From: a virus | Reading direction: 5' to 3' (one strand) | Length of the DNA stretch: 64,000 nucleotides | Virus record (IMG/VR): IMGVR_UViG_3300025626_000006 | Coordinates: 47,910-111,909 of that record | Shown here: in pieces, positions 10,986 through 20,901 of the stretch | Layout: each line of letters starts with the position of its first letter | Numbering within the stretch: position 1 is the stretch's first letter | Translations under genes and position numbers: made by a program | The notes under the pieces: generated by a model | Seen by the model: only the letters and a program-made list of their open reading frames with translations | Told to the model about the DNA's origin: nothing | Database searches by the model: none

Positions 10986-12041
10986 TTATTGTTTCATTAA
11001 GCCCAATTCAGTCGTTATTTTTGCAATACGAGCTGTTATTGCGGCTGTTTGTCCTTTGAGTGTAGCACCTGCGCCAGCAAGTGGGGCATTTACCCCTACA
11101 ATAGTGTTTGGAGTTGTAGAAATGTTTCCAATTGCTCCAGCTTGCGCAAAACTACTCACAGCACTTGTTAACTCATTTAACTCATTTTTGATTTCTTCGA
11201 TTTGAGTAAACATATTATCCATAGCAGCTTTCCATGTTGGAGTTGATATATTTACATCACCACTACCAATGATAGCTACACTATCTGTTTTAGCATTAAG
11301 TACAATCCTATCACTATTAGCTACAATCTGATTACCAGTGTAGACTGCTGTTGGTATAATCCCCCTAGCTCCAGCTACATCATGTGCTGAGTCAAGGGAT
11401 ATTTTATGTCCCGATGTAAGGTATATTGACGTGTCGTCATCATTTACATCTTCGATTGTGAATGTGTTCCAACCATCTGCTTTTTGAGTATTTCTTAAAA
11501 TTGTGATTGGGTTTGCTGGTGGGCCTGACCAAGTAGGTTCTTTAGATGTTTGTGCTCCTGATGGTGTATATCCTAATCTTATCGATTGACCGAATCTACC
11601 TTCAAGTAAAACATCACCACTAAATGGTTGAAGTTGTGATAGGTCAGCTACTTCTTCAAATCCAAAATCAAAAGCAAAATCAGAAGAACCACCACCCGAT
11701 GGATTCCCTGCTGCAGCTGCTTCGTAACTACCACCGTCTGTACCAGATGATAACCCAAGTGAAGATTTAGGAAGTACGTTGTGATTTATGTTTCGTTGTA
11801 AAGATACCGAAGTTGTATAGTAGTATCTTGAAGTTCTTGATAATGAACTAGCGTCTGGTCCGGGATGTTTTAGAATATGAATCATTTCACCTATAACAGG
11901 AACACGTTGAATATTCGTGTCCATTGGCCATGCTACAACTTCACTAAAAGCGTTTCCACCATTATTGATTTCTACTATTATGGAGTGTAGAAAATCAGAT
12001 TCGGAGTCATTAAGTTTAACTTGTTTAACAGTACCTACCAT
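10986..12041 (-). CDS. Baseplate hub/spike protein (gp5/VgrG-like)
   Basis: OB-fold-like PVIGE, GDVLLEGRFGQSIRLG, and a beta-helix-like SDRIVLNAK segment. Adjacent to gp25. Confidence 0.65.
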   Translation of the reverse strand: MVGTVKQVKLNDSESDFLHSIIVEINNGGNAFSEVVAWPMDTNIQRVPVIGEMIHILKHPGPDASSLSRTSRYYYTTSVSLQRNINHNVLPKSSLGLSSGTDGGSYEAAAAGNPSGGGSSDFAFDFGFEEVADLSQLQPFSGDVLLEGRFGQSIRLGYTPSGAQTSKEPTWSGPPANPITILRNTQKADGWNTFTIEDVNDDDTSIYLTSGHKISLDSAHDVAGARGIIPTAVYTGNQIVANSDRIVLNAKTDSVAIIGSGDVNISTPTWKAAMDNMFTQIEEIKNELNELTSAVSSFAQAGAIGNISTTPNTIVGVNAPLAGAGATLKGQTAAITARIAKITTELGLMKQ

Positions 12042-12415
12042 TACTCGTCTCCACTTTCTTCTTTAGGTAAATCTTTTTCTACTTCATCGATAGCGTCCAT
12101 TAGTTGGCGCTTTTCGTCTTCTGATAACATAAACCCACCATCGTCTGATGAGTTATTGTCTTTCATCATTCTTTGAACAATAGCCGCTAGTTTTACTAAT
12201 GCGTCATCATTCCTAACTGATATGTCAAGATATTCCTTTATTAATGGAACAACTACTGATGCATCATTTAGATTCTTGACCATTGGTTCAAGTTGTGCAA
12301 TCAGTAGTTTAATTTGTCTATCTTTCTTTTTTTGATTGGAGTATATATCCCCCATCAAGTCAGCAAAAGACTTTCCTTTAAATATTTCATCGTCTTTGGT
12401 CATTGAATTCCTCAA
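12041..12415 (-). CDS. Hypothetical helical protein
   Basis: 124-aa ORF, translationally coupled to its neighbours. Confidence 0.45.
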   Translation of the reverse strand: MRNSMTKDDEIFKGKSFADLMGDIYSNQKKKDRQIKLLIAQLEPMVKNLNDASVVVPLIKEYLDISVRNDDALVKLAAIVQRMMKDNNSSDDGGFMLSEDEKRQLMDAIDEVEKDLPKEESGDE

Positions 12416-13118
12416 TTCTATGGTTTAGATTTTGTAAACCACCATTTAAATAATCGATATATAATTCTTTATATAAGTATTTTAATTTTCCAATTACTTT
12501 TGTTATATATTGTGTTTGTACGCCGGTTCTTTCTCTAATAAGTATGTAGAGTGCCTTTTTGTTGTACGAATAAAGGTCGTGTCGTGTTCTAAATAACTCA
12601 TTAATAGAGTCAGCAATTTTTTGGTCTCGTTCTTTTGTAAACAATTTAAATAGATTAGCATCTATATATCTTACATAGAAATCAAAAAAGTCAGATACCG
12701 ATTCTCTCATTTCTTTATCAAATACTTCATTCGTTATATTTCTTGAAGTATCAATCGCTTCTACCTTATCTTTTTGCTTCATACGTTGGTAGTTCTGATT
12801 GTTTTCATTGAAGAGGTAGTTTCTAGCTACAACTGTAAAGTAGGAAAATGCTCTACCATTTTCTCCATTGAATTTAGTTATCTTTTGATTTAGAAAAGCT
12901 ACTACGTTTGCCTTTACGTCATCGTAAGGAACATCGAAGTAATACGTTTTGTAAGTATGTATTACATTTTCAGACAACTTATCGAATGGGTAGTGAATAA
13001 ATCTATTGTAGATTTTATTCTTTAACTTCATATCATCAGAACCATTATATGCGTTTATAGCTATTTCTGTGATTTTTGTAAAATACCTCTTACTTCGTTT
13101 CCTTCGCTTCTTGGCCAT
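12387..13118 (-). CDS. Phage sigma factor, T4 gp55-like (probably late)
   Basis: Sigma region-2-like KFNGENGRAFSYFTVVARNYL, comparable to the gp55 FAYFT motif. Confidence 0.6.
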   Translation of the reverse strand: MAKKRRKRSKRYFTKITEIAINAYNGSDDMKLKNKIYNRFIHYPFDKLSENVIHTYKTYYFDVPYDDVKANVVAFLNQKITKFNGENGRAFSYFTVVARNYLFNENNQNYQRMKQKDKVEAIDTSRNITNEVFDKEMRESVSDFFDFYVRYIDANLFKLFTKERDQKIADSINELFRTRHDLYSYNKKALYILIRERTGVQTQYITKVIGKLKYLYKELYIDYLNGGLQNLNHRIEEFNDQRR

Positions 13119-13380
13119 AATATTTTTCTAAGTCTTCTATTATTTCATACATCTGCTTAAATATAGTCCCAGTCTCATCGTCAGCTTCAAATGCTCCTTT
13201 GGTATCTAAGTCTTTTAACTTTTCCATCGACTTATCAATCTTTTGAGCGATTGTCGATATTGTGTTTTCCTGCTCTTCAACAACATCCTCAGTAGCTTCG
13301 TTCTTACGGAGTAAATTCCATGTTGTAAAAATGAATACTAATGATACAATTGTATTGAGTATAATAATTGTTGTTATCAT
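13090..13380 (-). CDS. Membrane-anchored coiled-coil protein
   Basis: N-terminal hydrophobic helix followed by a coiled coil. Confidence 0.5.
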   Translation of the reverse strand: MITTIIILNTIVSLVFIFTTWNLLRKNEATEDVVEEQENTISTIAQKIDKSMEKLKDLDTKGAFEADDETGTIFKQMYEIIEDLEKYYGQEAKETK

Positions 13381-13381
13381 A

Positions 13382-14164
13382 TTAATCTTCTACTATGTCT
13401 TTAAATGCATCAAATACATTTACAGACGTTTTTGTTTGTTTAGAAAACGTATCGCTTAACTTACCTTTAGCTGACGGTCTACCATTGGGGTTTCGAGTTG
13501 ATTTAACTTTACTACCTTGTGTTTCCCATCTTTTGTTTTCATAAATAGCAGCCATCTGGTCTGCAGTGTGCATGATGAATGGTAATGAGGTTTTTAATCT
13601 GTCATCGTTATTGTACTTAATGTAATATTGTTTATTACCTTCGTCATATAACCCATCAGTTAATCTCATACCTATCATTTCCACTTCGGTATACTTTACA
13701 CCAAAATGATTTAGGTTGAACATAGTTCGGTCATTGGTATTCATCCAATGAATATCAGGACTTGTTTTATATATCTTTCCTTGATTCTTAACATGCCACT
13801 CAGAATCATTCTTTATATAATAGTCTTTGTCAGCAGTACCTAACTTACCTAAGTCATGGTGAAGTGCTGTAAACAACAAGGTCTCTCTGTCAATGTCTTC
13901 CATTATCATTCCAAGGTCTTTCCATAGGTCGTATACCTTTAGTGAGTTTCTACACACTCTAAGTACATGGTCTACATATCCACCTGGAAATGCATTATGA
14001 TAATGTTCAACTGATGATGCTGGTGTGTAAATCATTCTCTCTTCATAATGGTCATACATTTTGTTAAGAGATTCCAACCTTTCACCAGTAAAGGTTTGGT
14101 TGATTAACTTTCTGAACTTTTGGTAGTTTTCTACAAGTTCTTCTGCTGTAAAGAAATTTGTCAT
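13382..14164 (-). CDS. HD-domain phosphohydrolase
   Basis: HNAFPGGYVDH...LHHDLGK...HTAD. Confidence 0.85.
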   Translation of the reverse strand: MTNFFTAEELVENYQKFRKLINQTFTGERLESLNKMYDHYEERMIYTPASSVEHYHNAFPGGYVDHVLRVCRNSLKVYDLWKDLGMIMEDIDRETLLFTALHHDLGKLGTADKDYYIKNDSEWHVKNQGKIYKTSPDIHWMNTNDRTMFNLNHFGVKYTEVEMIGMRLTDGLYDEGNKQYYIKYNNDDRLKTSLPFIMHTADQMAAIYENKRWETQGSKVKSTRNPNGRPSAKGKLSDTFSKQTKTSVNVFDAFKDIVED

Positions 14165-14174
14165 TTTATATTAT

Positions 14175-14816
14175 TTAAATTATTACGTCTACTATTCCTA
14201 ACTCCTTAGCTCGTTCAGATGACATAAAGAAATCTGATGATGATATGTTTTCCCAATATGCTTTATCTTCGTTAGAATATTTAGCCATTAATTCATTACA
14301 ATCGCTTTCTAATTCTTCGCTAAATTTAGCATTAGATTTTACATCATTTAATTTACCAACAACAACTGTTGATAATTGGTGAACCATAATCTTAGAATGT
14401 TTTGATATCATTCGATTACCAGTTCCACAAGTAAGTAGTAATGCAGCTGCAGACATGGCTGCTCCCCTAACTATAATATTAAAAGTTATACCTTGTGCTT
14501 TCATTGTATCCATAAAGTCAATTAAAGCCAAAGTTTCTATTACATCTCCTCCTGGAGAATTTAATAGAATATTGAACACCTTAACATCTTCGTTAAGTTT
14601 CATTAACAATCGTGTTTTAGCAACGACATCGAATGTCATTCCTGATTGTATTTCACCTTCAATAATAATTACATTATCTTTAGTATCAATACCATAGTCG
14701 AATTCTCTGAAATACTTTCTGTTTGGGTCTGTCATTCCTTGCTCTTCTTTATTATAGGAAACCGATATACTATCATCTAAATAGGTGTTCGATTCATTTC
14801 CGTATAGTTCGTCCAT
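14175..14816 (-). CDS. clpP: ClpP-family protease
   Basis: LNSPGG, AMSAA (catalytic Ser), IMVHQ (His), DFFMS...LGIVD. Confidence 0.85.
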   Translation of the reverse strand: MDELYGNESNTYLDDSISVSYNKEEQGMTDPNRKYFREFDYGIDTKDNVIIIEGEIQSGMTFDVVAKTRLLMKLNEDVKVFNILLNSPGGDVIETLALIDFMDTMKAQGITFNIIVRGAAMSAAALLLTCGTGNRMISKHSKIMVHQLSTVVVGKLNDVKSNAKFSEELESDCNELMAKYSNEDKAYWENISSSDFFMSSERAKELGIVDVII

Positions 14817-14835
14817 AATTCTATTATTAAAGTTA

Positions 14836-14869
14836 TACTAATATACAACATTTGTATGAGAATACCAAA
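14836..14869 (-). promoter_or_regulatory. Bacteroidota sigma-A-type promoter
   Basis: TTTG-N20-TATATTAG on the minus strand, upstream of clpP. Confidence 0.7.
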
Positions 14870-14878
14870 TGTTTTTGT

Positions 14879-15967
14879 TTATTTTTTAGAAGTGTCAGCG
14901 TAGTTGTGTTTTGAGTTACGTTTTATGGATTCACCATAAAGTTCTTTAGTGTCTAAGGTTTCAACTTTTTCATTAGGAACAAACCTTACTTCTTCTTTTT
15001 GAGGTTGTTCTTTTTCCACCTCTTTTTCACTATCTCCGCCCGTTTTTTCATCAGCATTAAACTGCTCGTTAAAATCTTGCATCTCTTCTTCAGTCCACAT
15101 ACCATCATCTATAATATCTAAAACCTTCTCACTATCATCAATATCTTCAGCTTCTTTATTTTTTTTATCGTTTCCTAATAACTTATTTAATGCTATTACC
15201 ATAGCTATCGCTAATGGGTCAAACACAAAGACAATTAGTAATGTAAACCAATTTACAATTACATTCATAGCTTTACCAGTTATTTCAGACATATATCTAA
15301 GAGGCCCAATTTCAGCGGCTATCTCATTATTAGATTCTAAATCTAATATTTGTAAGTCAAGCCTTGTAATTGAATCTGTAACTGATTCTATCTTTATACT
15401 AATATCATTTCGTGATTGTACAGCCAAGTCTAACTCTTTTGTTAATAACCTTCGAGTTGAGGATGATTGTGTCGTAATTATATTACCAAGCGTGTCTTTA
15501 TATTGTATCTTATTATTAGTTATACCATTCCTTAAATCACCAATCGATGTACTTAGGCTGGATTTCTCATTCATAAAATAATTTAATTGTTCATTAAACC
15601 TATTCTTTTTTAGTTCAATTACATTTATCTGTTTATCCATAACACCAAGTTGGTCAGCTGTTTTTTGATAAGCAGCAGTTAGGAATCCATAGATACCAGC
15701 TGATGTGATTATCATTAATACACCTACTGCTAAGGTAAGATACCACTTCATCCACCCAGCTTTATTCCAATGGTTATGTAGGTATGATGCTATTATTAAT
15801 TTAGAGAACTCTAAAGCAGCCGCCATAATTATTACTTCTGTTTTTGCTCCAGCAAATAAAGAGCTAAGCCCAAAGACCGAATAGTATGCTGCTGAACCAG
15901 CCAACGCAAGTGTACTGAGTATCATCAGTAATATGAATATATTTGACCTGTTAAATATTTTTTTCAT
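14879..15967 (-). CDS. Multi-pass membrane protein with coiled coil
   Basis: Three N-terminal TM helices, a coiled coil, EIGPLRY...IVFVFDPLAI and an acidic tail. Confidence 0.6.
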   Translation of the reverse strand: MKKIFNRSNIFILLMILSTLALAGSAAYYSVFGLSSLFAGAKTEVIIMAAALEFSKLIIASYLHNHWNKAGWMKWYLTLAVGVLMIITSAGIYGFLTAAYQKTADQLGVMDKQINVIELKKNRFNEQLNYFMNEKSSLSTSIGDLRNGITNNKIQYKDTLGNIITTQSSSTRRLLTKELDLAVQSRNDISIKIESVTDSITRLDLQILDLESNNEIAAEIGPLRYMSEITGKAMNVIVNWFTLLIVFVFDPLAIAMVIALNKLLGNDKKNKEAEDIDDSEKVLDIIDDGMWTEEEMQDFNEQFNADEKTGGDSEKEVEKEQPQKEEVRFVPNEKVETLDTKELYGESIKRNSKHNYADTSKK

Positions 15968-16134
15968 GTTTTTGTACCAAAATTGATTTTATTAACTTTT
16001 AGTTTTGTACTTATATCTACACAACCTAAGTTGCTAAGCTTAATAACTTAGTAATTATCTAAGATAATCACAAGTATAAATATAGATTATTAAATTAATT
16101 AATAAATAATAACAAGCTTTCCCCATACTATGCC

Positions 16135-17046
16135 CTATTGGTGTCTACCAAAATTGGAAAGATAATTTAAGACTGTCAACTCTTTTTCCTTAGCTTCTAC
16201 TACAATGTCAATATCATGACCATATGTATTTATTTCTGAGTAGATGTAATCCGAGTGAGCTTGTGGTTTTGCAGTCTCATCTTCAAGTGTTCTTGATTCA
16301 GAATAATGTACAACAGGTTTTATATCACCCCACGTTGACATAGCTAACTCTAATGCTTCTTGTTCTGACATACCACCAGTGTTAAAGGTGTGGTGATGAT
16401 AATCAAATACAATAGGAATACCAATACGTTCATGTATGTACATTAAATCTTTTACTGAGTACATAGAACCTTTATCATCATTCTCTACTGTAAGACGTGT
16501 CTGAACTGATTCAGGTAATCTCTCAAAGTTCTTACAGAACCTATCCATAGCAGATATCTTATCACCATACACGCCATTACAATGTATATTTATTTTATTG
16601 TAAGGAGTACGAGACAATCCCATGAGGTCAAATGTCTCACCATGTATAGTTAAGTCTTTGATTGTGTTATCCACAACTCGGTCAGTTGGTGATACCAATA
16701 CGTTAAATGGGCCAGGATGTGATGTTACACGTTGACCATACTTTTCAGCTAATCTACCAGCGCCATTTAGTAATATAGCGAACTTACGATAATCAGGCAT
16801 ATCTGTTAACTTGAACTCACTAGCCCAAGGTATTAGATTAGAGCTCATACGGAACAGATTAAACCCATTCTTATGATTCCATTTGATTATTTCGATAAGG
16901 TCTCTAGCGTTCTCTAAAGCAAGTCCAGATGACTTTGATATACCTTCTTTTAGAAAGGTTCGTTTAATCATACTACGATTTGTAGTAATCTTTGGTTTTT
17001 GTTTACCTAACGTTTGATTGATACAAGCGTATCCTAAATTTACCAT
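16135..17046 (-). CDS. uvsE: UV-damage endonuclease
   Basis: LGYACIN, FRMSS, HPGPF, ENDD, FDYHHH, HYSE, AHSD, EAKEKE. Confidence 0.92.
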   Translation of the reverse strand: MVNLGYACINQTLGKQKPKITTNRSMIKRTFLKEGISKSSGLALENARDLIEIIKWNHKNGFNLFRMSSNLIPWASEFKLTDMPDYRKFAILLNGAGRLAEKYGQRVTSHPGPFNVLVSPTDRVVDNTIKDLTIHGETFDLMGLSRTPYNKINIHCNGVYGDKISAMDRFCKNFERLPESVQTRLTVENDDKGSMYSVKDLMYIHERIGIPIVFDYHHHTFNTGGMSEQEALELAMSTWGDIKPVVHYSESRTLEDETAKPQAHSDYIYSEINTYGHDIDIVVEAKEKELTVLNYLSNFGRHQ

Positions 17047-17073
17047 ACAGTTTTCATTTATTAATTATTATAC

Positions 17074-17131
17074 TACTAATATAACAAAAAAAGGGGACTT
17101 ATACAAGCCCCCTATGTTAAATAATTGTTAA
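17074..17131 (-). promoter_or_regulatory. Sigma-A-type promoter with upstream tandem TTAACA boxes
   Basis: TTAACA-N5-TTAACA...CTTG-N20-TATATTAG. Confidence 0.65.
17086..17112 (-). terminator. Intrinsic terminator overlapping the uvsE promoter
   Basis: GGGGGCTT-GTAT-AAGTCCCC followed by T7 on the minus strand. Confidence 0.75.
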
Positions 17132-17331
17132 ATTTCTTGCCACTCTACATCCGTAACTTCTTCAAGGAAATAGAAAAACCCATCGCTTCCCTTCAGTACA
17201 GTGTCGCAGTTCAAATAAGACTTCCACGTTTCTACAATCGGACGCCGGTCGGAATGTATTTTACGCTTGATTAAATATAACTTGTTGTTGTGTTGTAATT
17301 TGGGATATCTAAACCACGAATACGCTGACAT
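17128..17331 (-). CDS. Hypothetical protein
   Basis: 67-aa ORF whose stop lies in the promoter repeat. Confidence 0.5.
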   Translation of the reverse strand: MSAYSWFRYPKLQHNNKLYLIKRKIHSDRRPIVETWKSYLNCDTVLKGSDGFFYFLEEVTDVEWQEI

Positions 17332-17336
17332 TTAAC

Positions 17337-17681
17337 TTATTTAACTGTTACCTTAATGTTTTTTGCTTTCCTATCTTCATATTTAGGAATTGTAATATTA
17401 AGTAATCCATCTTTAGCTATTGCATTTGTAGCAGATAAGTCAAACGACTCGTGAATTTTATATTTCTTTTCAAGTTTACGAGAATCTTTCTCAGCTTTAA
17501 TTGTTAATAACCTATCTTCAACGTTAACTTCAATATCTTTATTGGATAATCCAGGTACTTCTAACTCCATAGTTAGTATATCATCTTTAATATACGAACT
17601 TGTATCTGAAATACTCTTACCATTATCAACATCCCAGTTTAACATACTTGATATAACGTGGTCAAAATTTGTGTAAATCAT
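17337..17681 (-). CDS. Small heat-shock protein (Hsp20)
   Basis: LEVPGLSNKDIEV...LTIKA...KDGLLNITIPK...IKV alpha-crystallin domain with an IXI-like tail. Confidence 0.9.
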   Translation of the reverse strand: MIYTNFDHVISSMLNWDVDNGKSISDTSSYIKDDILTMELEVPGLSNKDIEVNVEDRLLTIKAEKDSRKLEKKYKIHESFDLSATNAIAKDGLLNITIPKYEDRKAKNIKVTVK

Positions 17682-17792
17682 AATTTTCCTCTTTTTAAAA
17701 TTTATTTCTTTACGTTATATACTACCAATATTGTTCCAATGGTGATTTCACTATCATAACCTGACAATGTGTCACAATGTACTGACAAAATG

Positions 17793-18179
17793 TTAGTTTG
17801 ATGAGATAGGACTACCTTTATCTATGAGTTGATATACACTTGCTGTACCTTTATCGTGTTGATGAAGTAACATATACCCATCCATAATAAACATTCTAAG
17901 TGTACGTTCTTTAATACCTTTATCTATACAATTGATAATAAAGTGTGAGTCTGTTAGAATTACATCAACCTTTAAAGGACTAACATCATCTTGTGATTCT
18001 TCGTCATTCTCATAGTCCCATATGTCCCCACCTTCATCCTGAGATTGTTCATCTTCCCAATCGTCAGCAAACTCTTCGGAATGGAATAACCAATCATATA
18101 AGTAATAGACTTTTTCGTCATCTGCCAACTCCATAAAGAAGTTATATTCTGCTTTATCCCATTGTAGTGTCATATCCAT
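17793..18179 (-). CDS. Acidic hypothetical protein
   Basis: 128 aa, D/E-rich. Confidence 0.5.
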   Translation of the reverse strand: MDMTLQWDKAEYNFFMELADDEKVYYLYDWLFHSEEFADDWEDEQSQDEGGDIWDYENDEESQDDVSPLKVDVILTDSHFIINCIDKGIKERTLRMFIMDGYMLLHQHDKGTASVYQLIDKGSPISSN

Positions 18180-18197
18180 CCTCTTTAATATAAATAG

Positions 18198-18551
18198 TTA
18201 AGGACGAGCTTTCCACACTCCATTTAAATAAAGTATTCCTTCTTTGGTTATAGCAGTAAGCTTATTTTCCATAACAAAATCAGAAAATATATCTAATGTG
18301 TTATGTATAGCTTCAGATGTATACACACGTTTAATTTGTCCGATTCTAATTAACATAGCTTGAGCATATAATTCATCTACTGGTGTTTCCGAATTAAGAA
18401 GTTCATGTATCTTACCCTTAGCTATTGTATAATATGGGTCTTTCTTTTCTACAATAATATCTCGTATCGATGCTATGTAGACTTCCAAATCCGTTTTACT
18501 TAGATTATCAGCGTCTTCTAATAAGGAGAATAGGTCGTTTTTGGGAGGCAC
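18198..18551 (-). CDS. Hypothetical protein
   Basis: 117-aa ORF. Confidence 0.45.
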   Translation of the reverse strand: MPPKNDLFSLLEDADNLSKTDLEVYIASIRDIIVEKKDPYYTIAKGKIHELLNSETPVDELYAQAMLIRIGQIKRVYTSEAIHNTLDIFSDFVMENKLTAITKEGILYLNGVWKARP

Positions 18552-18554
18552 AAT

Positions 18555-18863
18555 TTACATATTTAGTCTGTACTTCTTCTTAGCAATTTCTGACGCTTCG
18601 AAACAAGTAATAGCGATTTTGTGAGCTTCTGCCATTGTAAGGTCTACTTCGGTGTTACCTATCATTAGTGTTCCTATCTTAGTAGCACCATGTGGGTATC
18701 CCTCTGAATGGTCTTGATGTTCTAACATTTGGAAATCAATTTGACTCCAAAGTTTTCCTTTTCTTTCATCGTGCTTTTTTCTAGCGTCATCCGTAATACC
18801 ATGTGATTGGTTAACATATCCACCTCTACCGGCACGATGTTTGTTTGCATTATATTTCTTCAT
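18555..18863 (-). CDS. Hypothetical protein
   Basis: 102-aa ORF with the late motif upstream. Confidence 0.5.
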   Translation of the reverse strand: MKKYNANKHRAGRGGYVNQSHGITDDARKKHDERKGKLWSQIDFQMLEHQDHSEGYPHGATKIGTLMIGNTEVDLTMAEAHKIAITCFEASEIAKKKYRLNM

Positions 18864-18917
18864 GAGAATTTAATTTATGATTTATATCTATAAATAGTTT
18901 TCTCATATATAATTAAA

Positions 18918-19235
18918 CTACTTTCTTCTTCGATTTCTTAAAGAAACTCTATTAAACTTTTTCTCATCAATAGCTGTTTCTTTTCTAAGCGGATGTGTAC
19001 GTCTAAAGTTTTGATTGATTTGTACACTTCTTGAAGCCCAATACCAAGCGTCCCATACGGACGCTTGGGGTGGGATAAATAAATCATCACCAACAGTGCC
19101 ACCAAGCCCATCTGATACATAAAACTTCCCATCGGATGTCATTTGTGTTTTTGCTTTAGAGAATCGCTTGTTAACTTTTCTTTTAAATGCGTTGAACTTT
19201 CGTTTAGCTATCTTACTATCTGCTGGTTGCTTCAT
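18918..19235 (-). CDS. Basic hypothetical protein
   Basis: 105-aa ORF. Confidence 0.5.
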   Translation of the reverse strand: MKQPADSKIAKRKFNAFKRKVNKRFSKAKTQMTSDGKFYVSDGLGGTVGDDLFIPPQASVWDAWYWASRSVQINQNFRRTHPLRKETAIDEKKFNRVSLRNRRRK

Positions 19236-19240
19236 TCTAT

Positions 19241-19450
19241 TTAATTTTTATTTAAGTTTTTTGTAAGCCCTCTGTGTATATGACAAGTGGTTAGTTCTTT
19301 GTTAACAGAACACCTTTCCACTATTTTACCATTTTCAAGGAGTACTTCATATACGAGACCTTTTTTTAATCTGGTTCTGTTAAGGACTTGTCCAACATGG
19401 TAAGCCCCATTTAAGTTTAAGATTAGTTTGTCTCCTTTTTGAAATACCAT
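19241..19450 (-). CDS. Small SH3/KOW-like protein
   Basis: FQKGDKL...GQV...YEV pattern. Confidence 0.4.
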   Translation of the reverse strand: MVFQKGDKLILNLNGAYHVGQVLNRTRLKKGLVYEVLLENGKIVERCSVNKELTTCHIHRGLTKNLNKN

Positions 19451-19451
19451 A

Positions 19452-19652
19452 TTATTTAATTACTTTAATTATTTTAGTTTCGATAACTGCACTCACCTCG
19501 AATTCAAGATTAGCACCTTCGAAGTCCTTAACTACCTTAGTCTCAGCGTCTGTAACCGATACCGCGTTAACGACATATTGTTCTGTTACTTTTTTTACTC
19601 TTCCTTTGTCATCCGTATGATGAACTTTTACTTTAGCGATGTAATACTGCAT
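19452..19652 (-). CDS. DUF4494-like protein (Bacteroidota-type)
   Basis: YYIAKVK...KKVTEQYVVNAVSVTDAE...IETKIIKV. Confidence 0.75.
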   Translation of the reverse strand: MQYYIAKVKVHHTDDKGRVKKVTEQYVVNAVSVTDAETKVVKDFEGANLEFEVSAVIETKIIKVIK

Positions 19653-19672
19653 TTTGTTTTTGTTTTTGATTA

Positions 19673-19891
19673 TTAATTATTATTGATTATTTGACTTAAT
19701 TCAAACTCATCAACGAGTTTGTACGTTCCGTTAGGCCCTACGTCATGGTAGTCCTCACTTATGATGTGATAGTATTCAACCATCGTCTCACCATTACTTT
19801 GTTTTCCAGCGGAAATAACTATATAAGAAAAGTTATCACCTTGGTCTTGATAGGAAGTTACTTCCCTTTTAAATTCTTTAAAATTTGCCAT
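19673..19891 (-). CDS. Hypothetical protein
   Basis: 72-aa ORF. Confidence 0.45.
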   Translation of the reverse strand: MANFKEFKREVTSYQDQGDNFSYIVISAGKQSNGETMVEYYHIISEDYHDVGPNGTYKLVDEFELSQIINNN

Positions 19892-19892
19892 A

Positions 19893-20090
19893 TTAAAATT
19901 GTTTTCTTAAATTTGAATCATATTGTTCTGCAATCTTTCTGAGATACTCTAGCGACTCGGTACTACCTATTAAAGTGTCTACCTTACGAGTATACATCCT
20001 AACTACATATTCTGTTCCTAAGTCCTTAACCATTTGTTGTAAGGTACTAATACTTGGTAATTGTTTTTTATTAAATCCCATATTAATCAA
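19893..20090 (-). CDS. Hypothetical protein
   Basis: 65-aa ORF. Confidence 0.45.
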   Translation of the reverse strand: MINMGFNKKQLPSISTLQQMVKDLGTEYVVRMYTRKVDTLIGSTESLEYLRKIAEQYDSNLRKQF

Positions 20091-20442
20091 ACCATTGTGT
20101 TCTGTTAGTCTTTATATTCTTGATACCCTCATCAGTATACTTAGGGTTATCCTTTTCCATCTCATCGAAACGTTCTTTAATTTTCTCAAAAGCAACGTTC
20201 TCATTCTTCTTACCAATCTCACCAGCTTTCTTTAAATCGTCCTTAGTAAGTTCCTTACCTTGAGATGCGGCTGAAATTGAAGCGTATCGTTTTGTATGAT
20301 ATGAACTTAATGGTTTGGAAAATTGTTTTAGGTACTCAGCTTTTGAATCTAAGTATTCTAAGAACTTATCAAAGTTCTCTTCACCTAATAGGTGTAACTC
20401 TGCATCGGTAAGAGGATTGTCTGGGTCGTACTTTAGATTCAT
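20083..20442 (-). CDS. Hypothetical protein
   Basis: 119-aa ORF. Confidence 0.5.
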   Translation of the reverse strand: MNLKYDPDNPLTDAELHLLGEENFDKFLEYLDSKAEYLKQFSKPLSSYHTKRYASISAASQGKELTKDDLKKAGEIGKKNENVAFEKIKERFDEMEKDNPKYTDEGIKNIKTNRTQWFD

Positions 20443-20460
20443 ATCTTTAAATATACAAAA

Positions 20461-20901
20461 TTATTTATTAATAAACAAGCCTTTTCTCTTCATTTGTTCG
20501 TTACAATAGAAATCAAATAATTGTTCAGCGTCCATTGCTCTTCGATTCATCATTTTGTCCCAAAGACAAAACCCAAAGTGCTTGTGTAATTCTTTTTTTA
20601 AACTATCAAGAATTTTAATGTCGTCTTTTAAAGCTTCTTCATCTAACTTCATTGCCTTGATATGTTTCATTTTTGATTTAATTCGAGCTTCAGCTTCCCA
20701 CTCAAAGTAATCAGAACCCTCGGTCATTCTACTCATATGTTCGTTGAAGATTGCCAACTGCTCTTCACGAGCAGCGGCAGCTTCTGAGTAAAATTGAGAG
20801 TAATCAAAATCTCCGTTTTTAATTCTATCGTAAAGATGTTCTTTAACGGAGAGTTTCCTTTTACGGCCTTTAGTCCACCATCTATATGGGTTATATGCCA
20901 T
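20461..20901 (-). CDS. Hypothetical protein
   Basis: 146-aa ORF. Confidence 0.5.
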   Translation of the reverse strand: MAYNPYRWWTKGRKRKLSVKEHLYDRIKNGDFDYSQFYSEAAAAREEQLAIFNEHMSRMTEGSDYFEWEAEARIKSKMKHIKAMKLDEEALKDDIKILDSLKKELHKHFGFCLWDKMMNRRAMDAEQLFDFYCNEQMKRKGLFINK

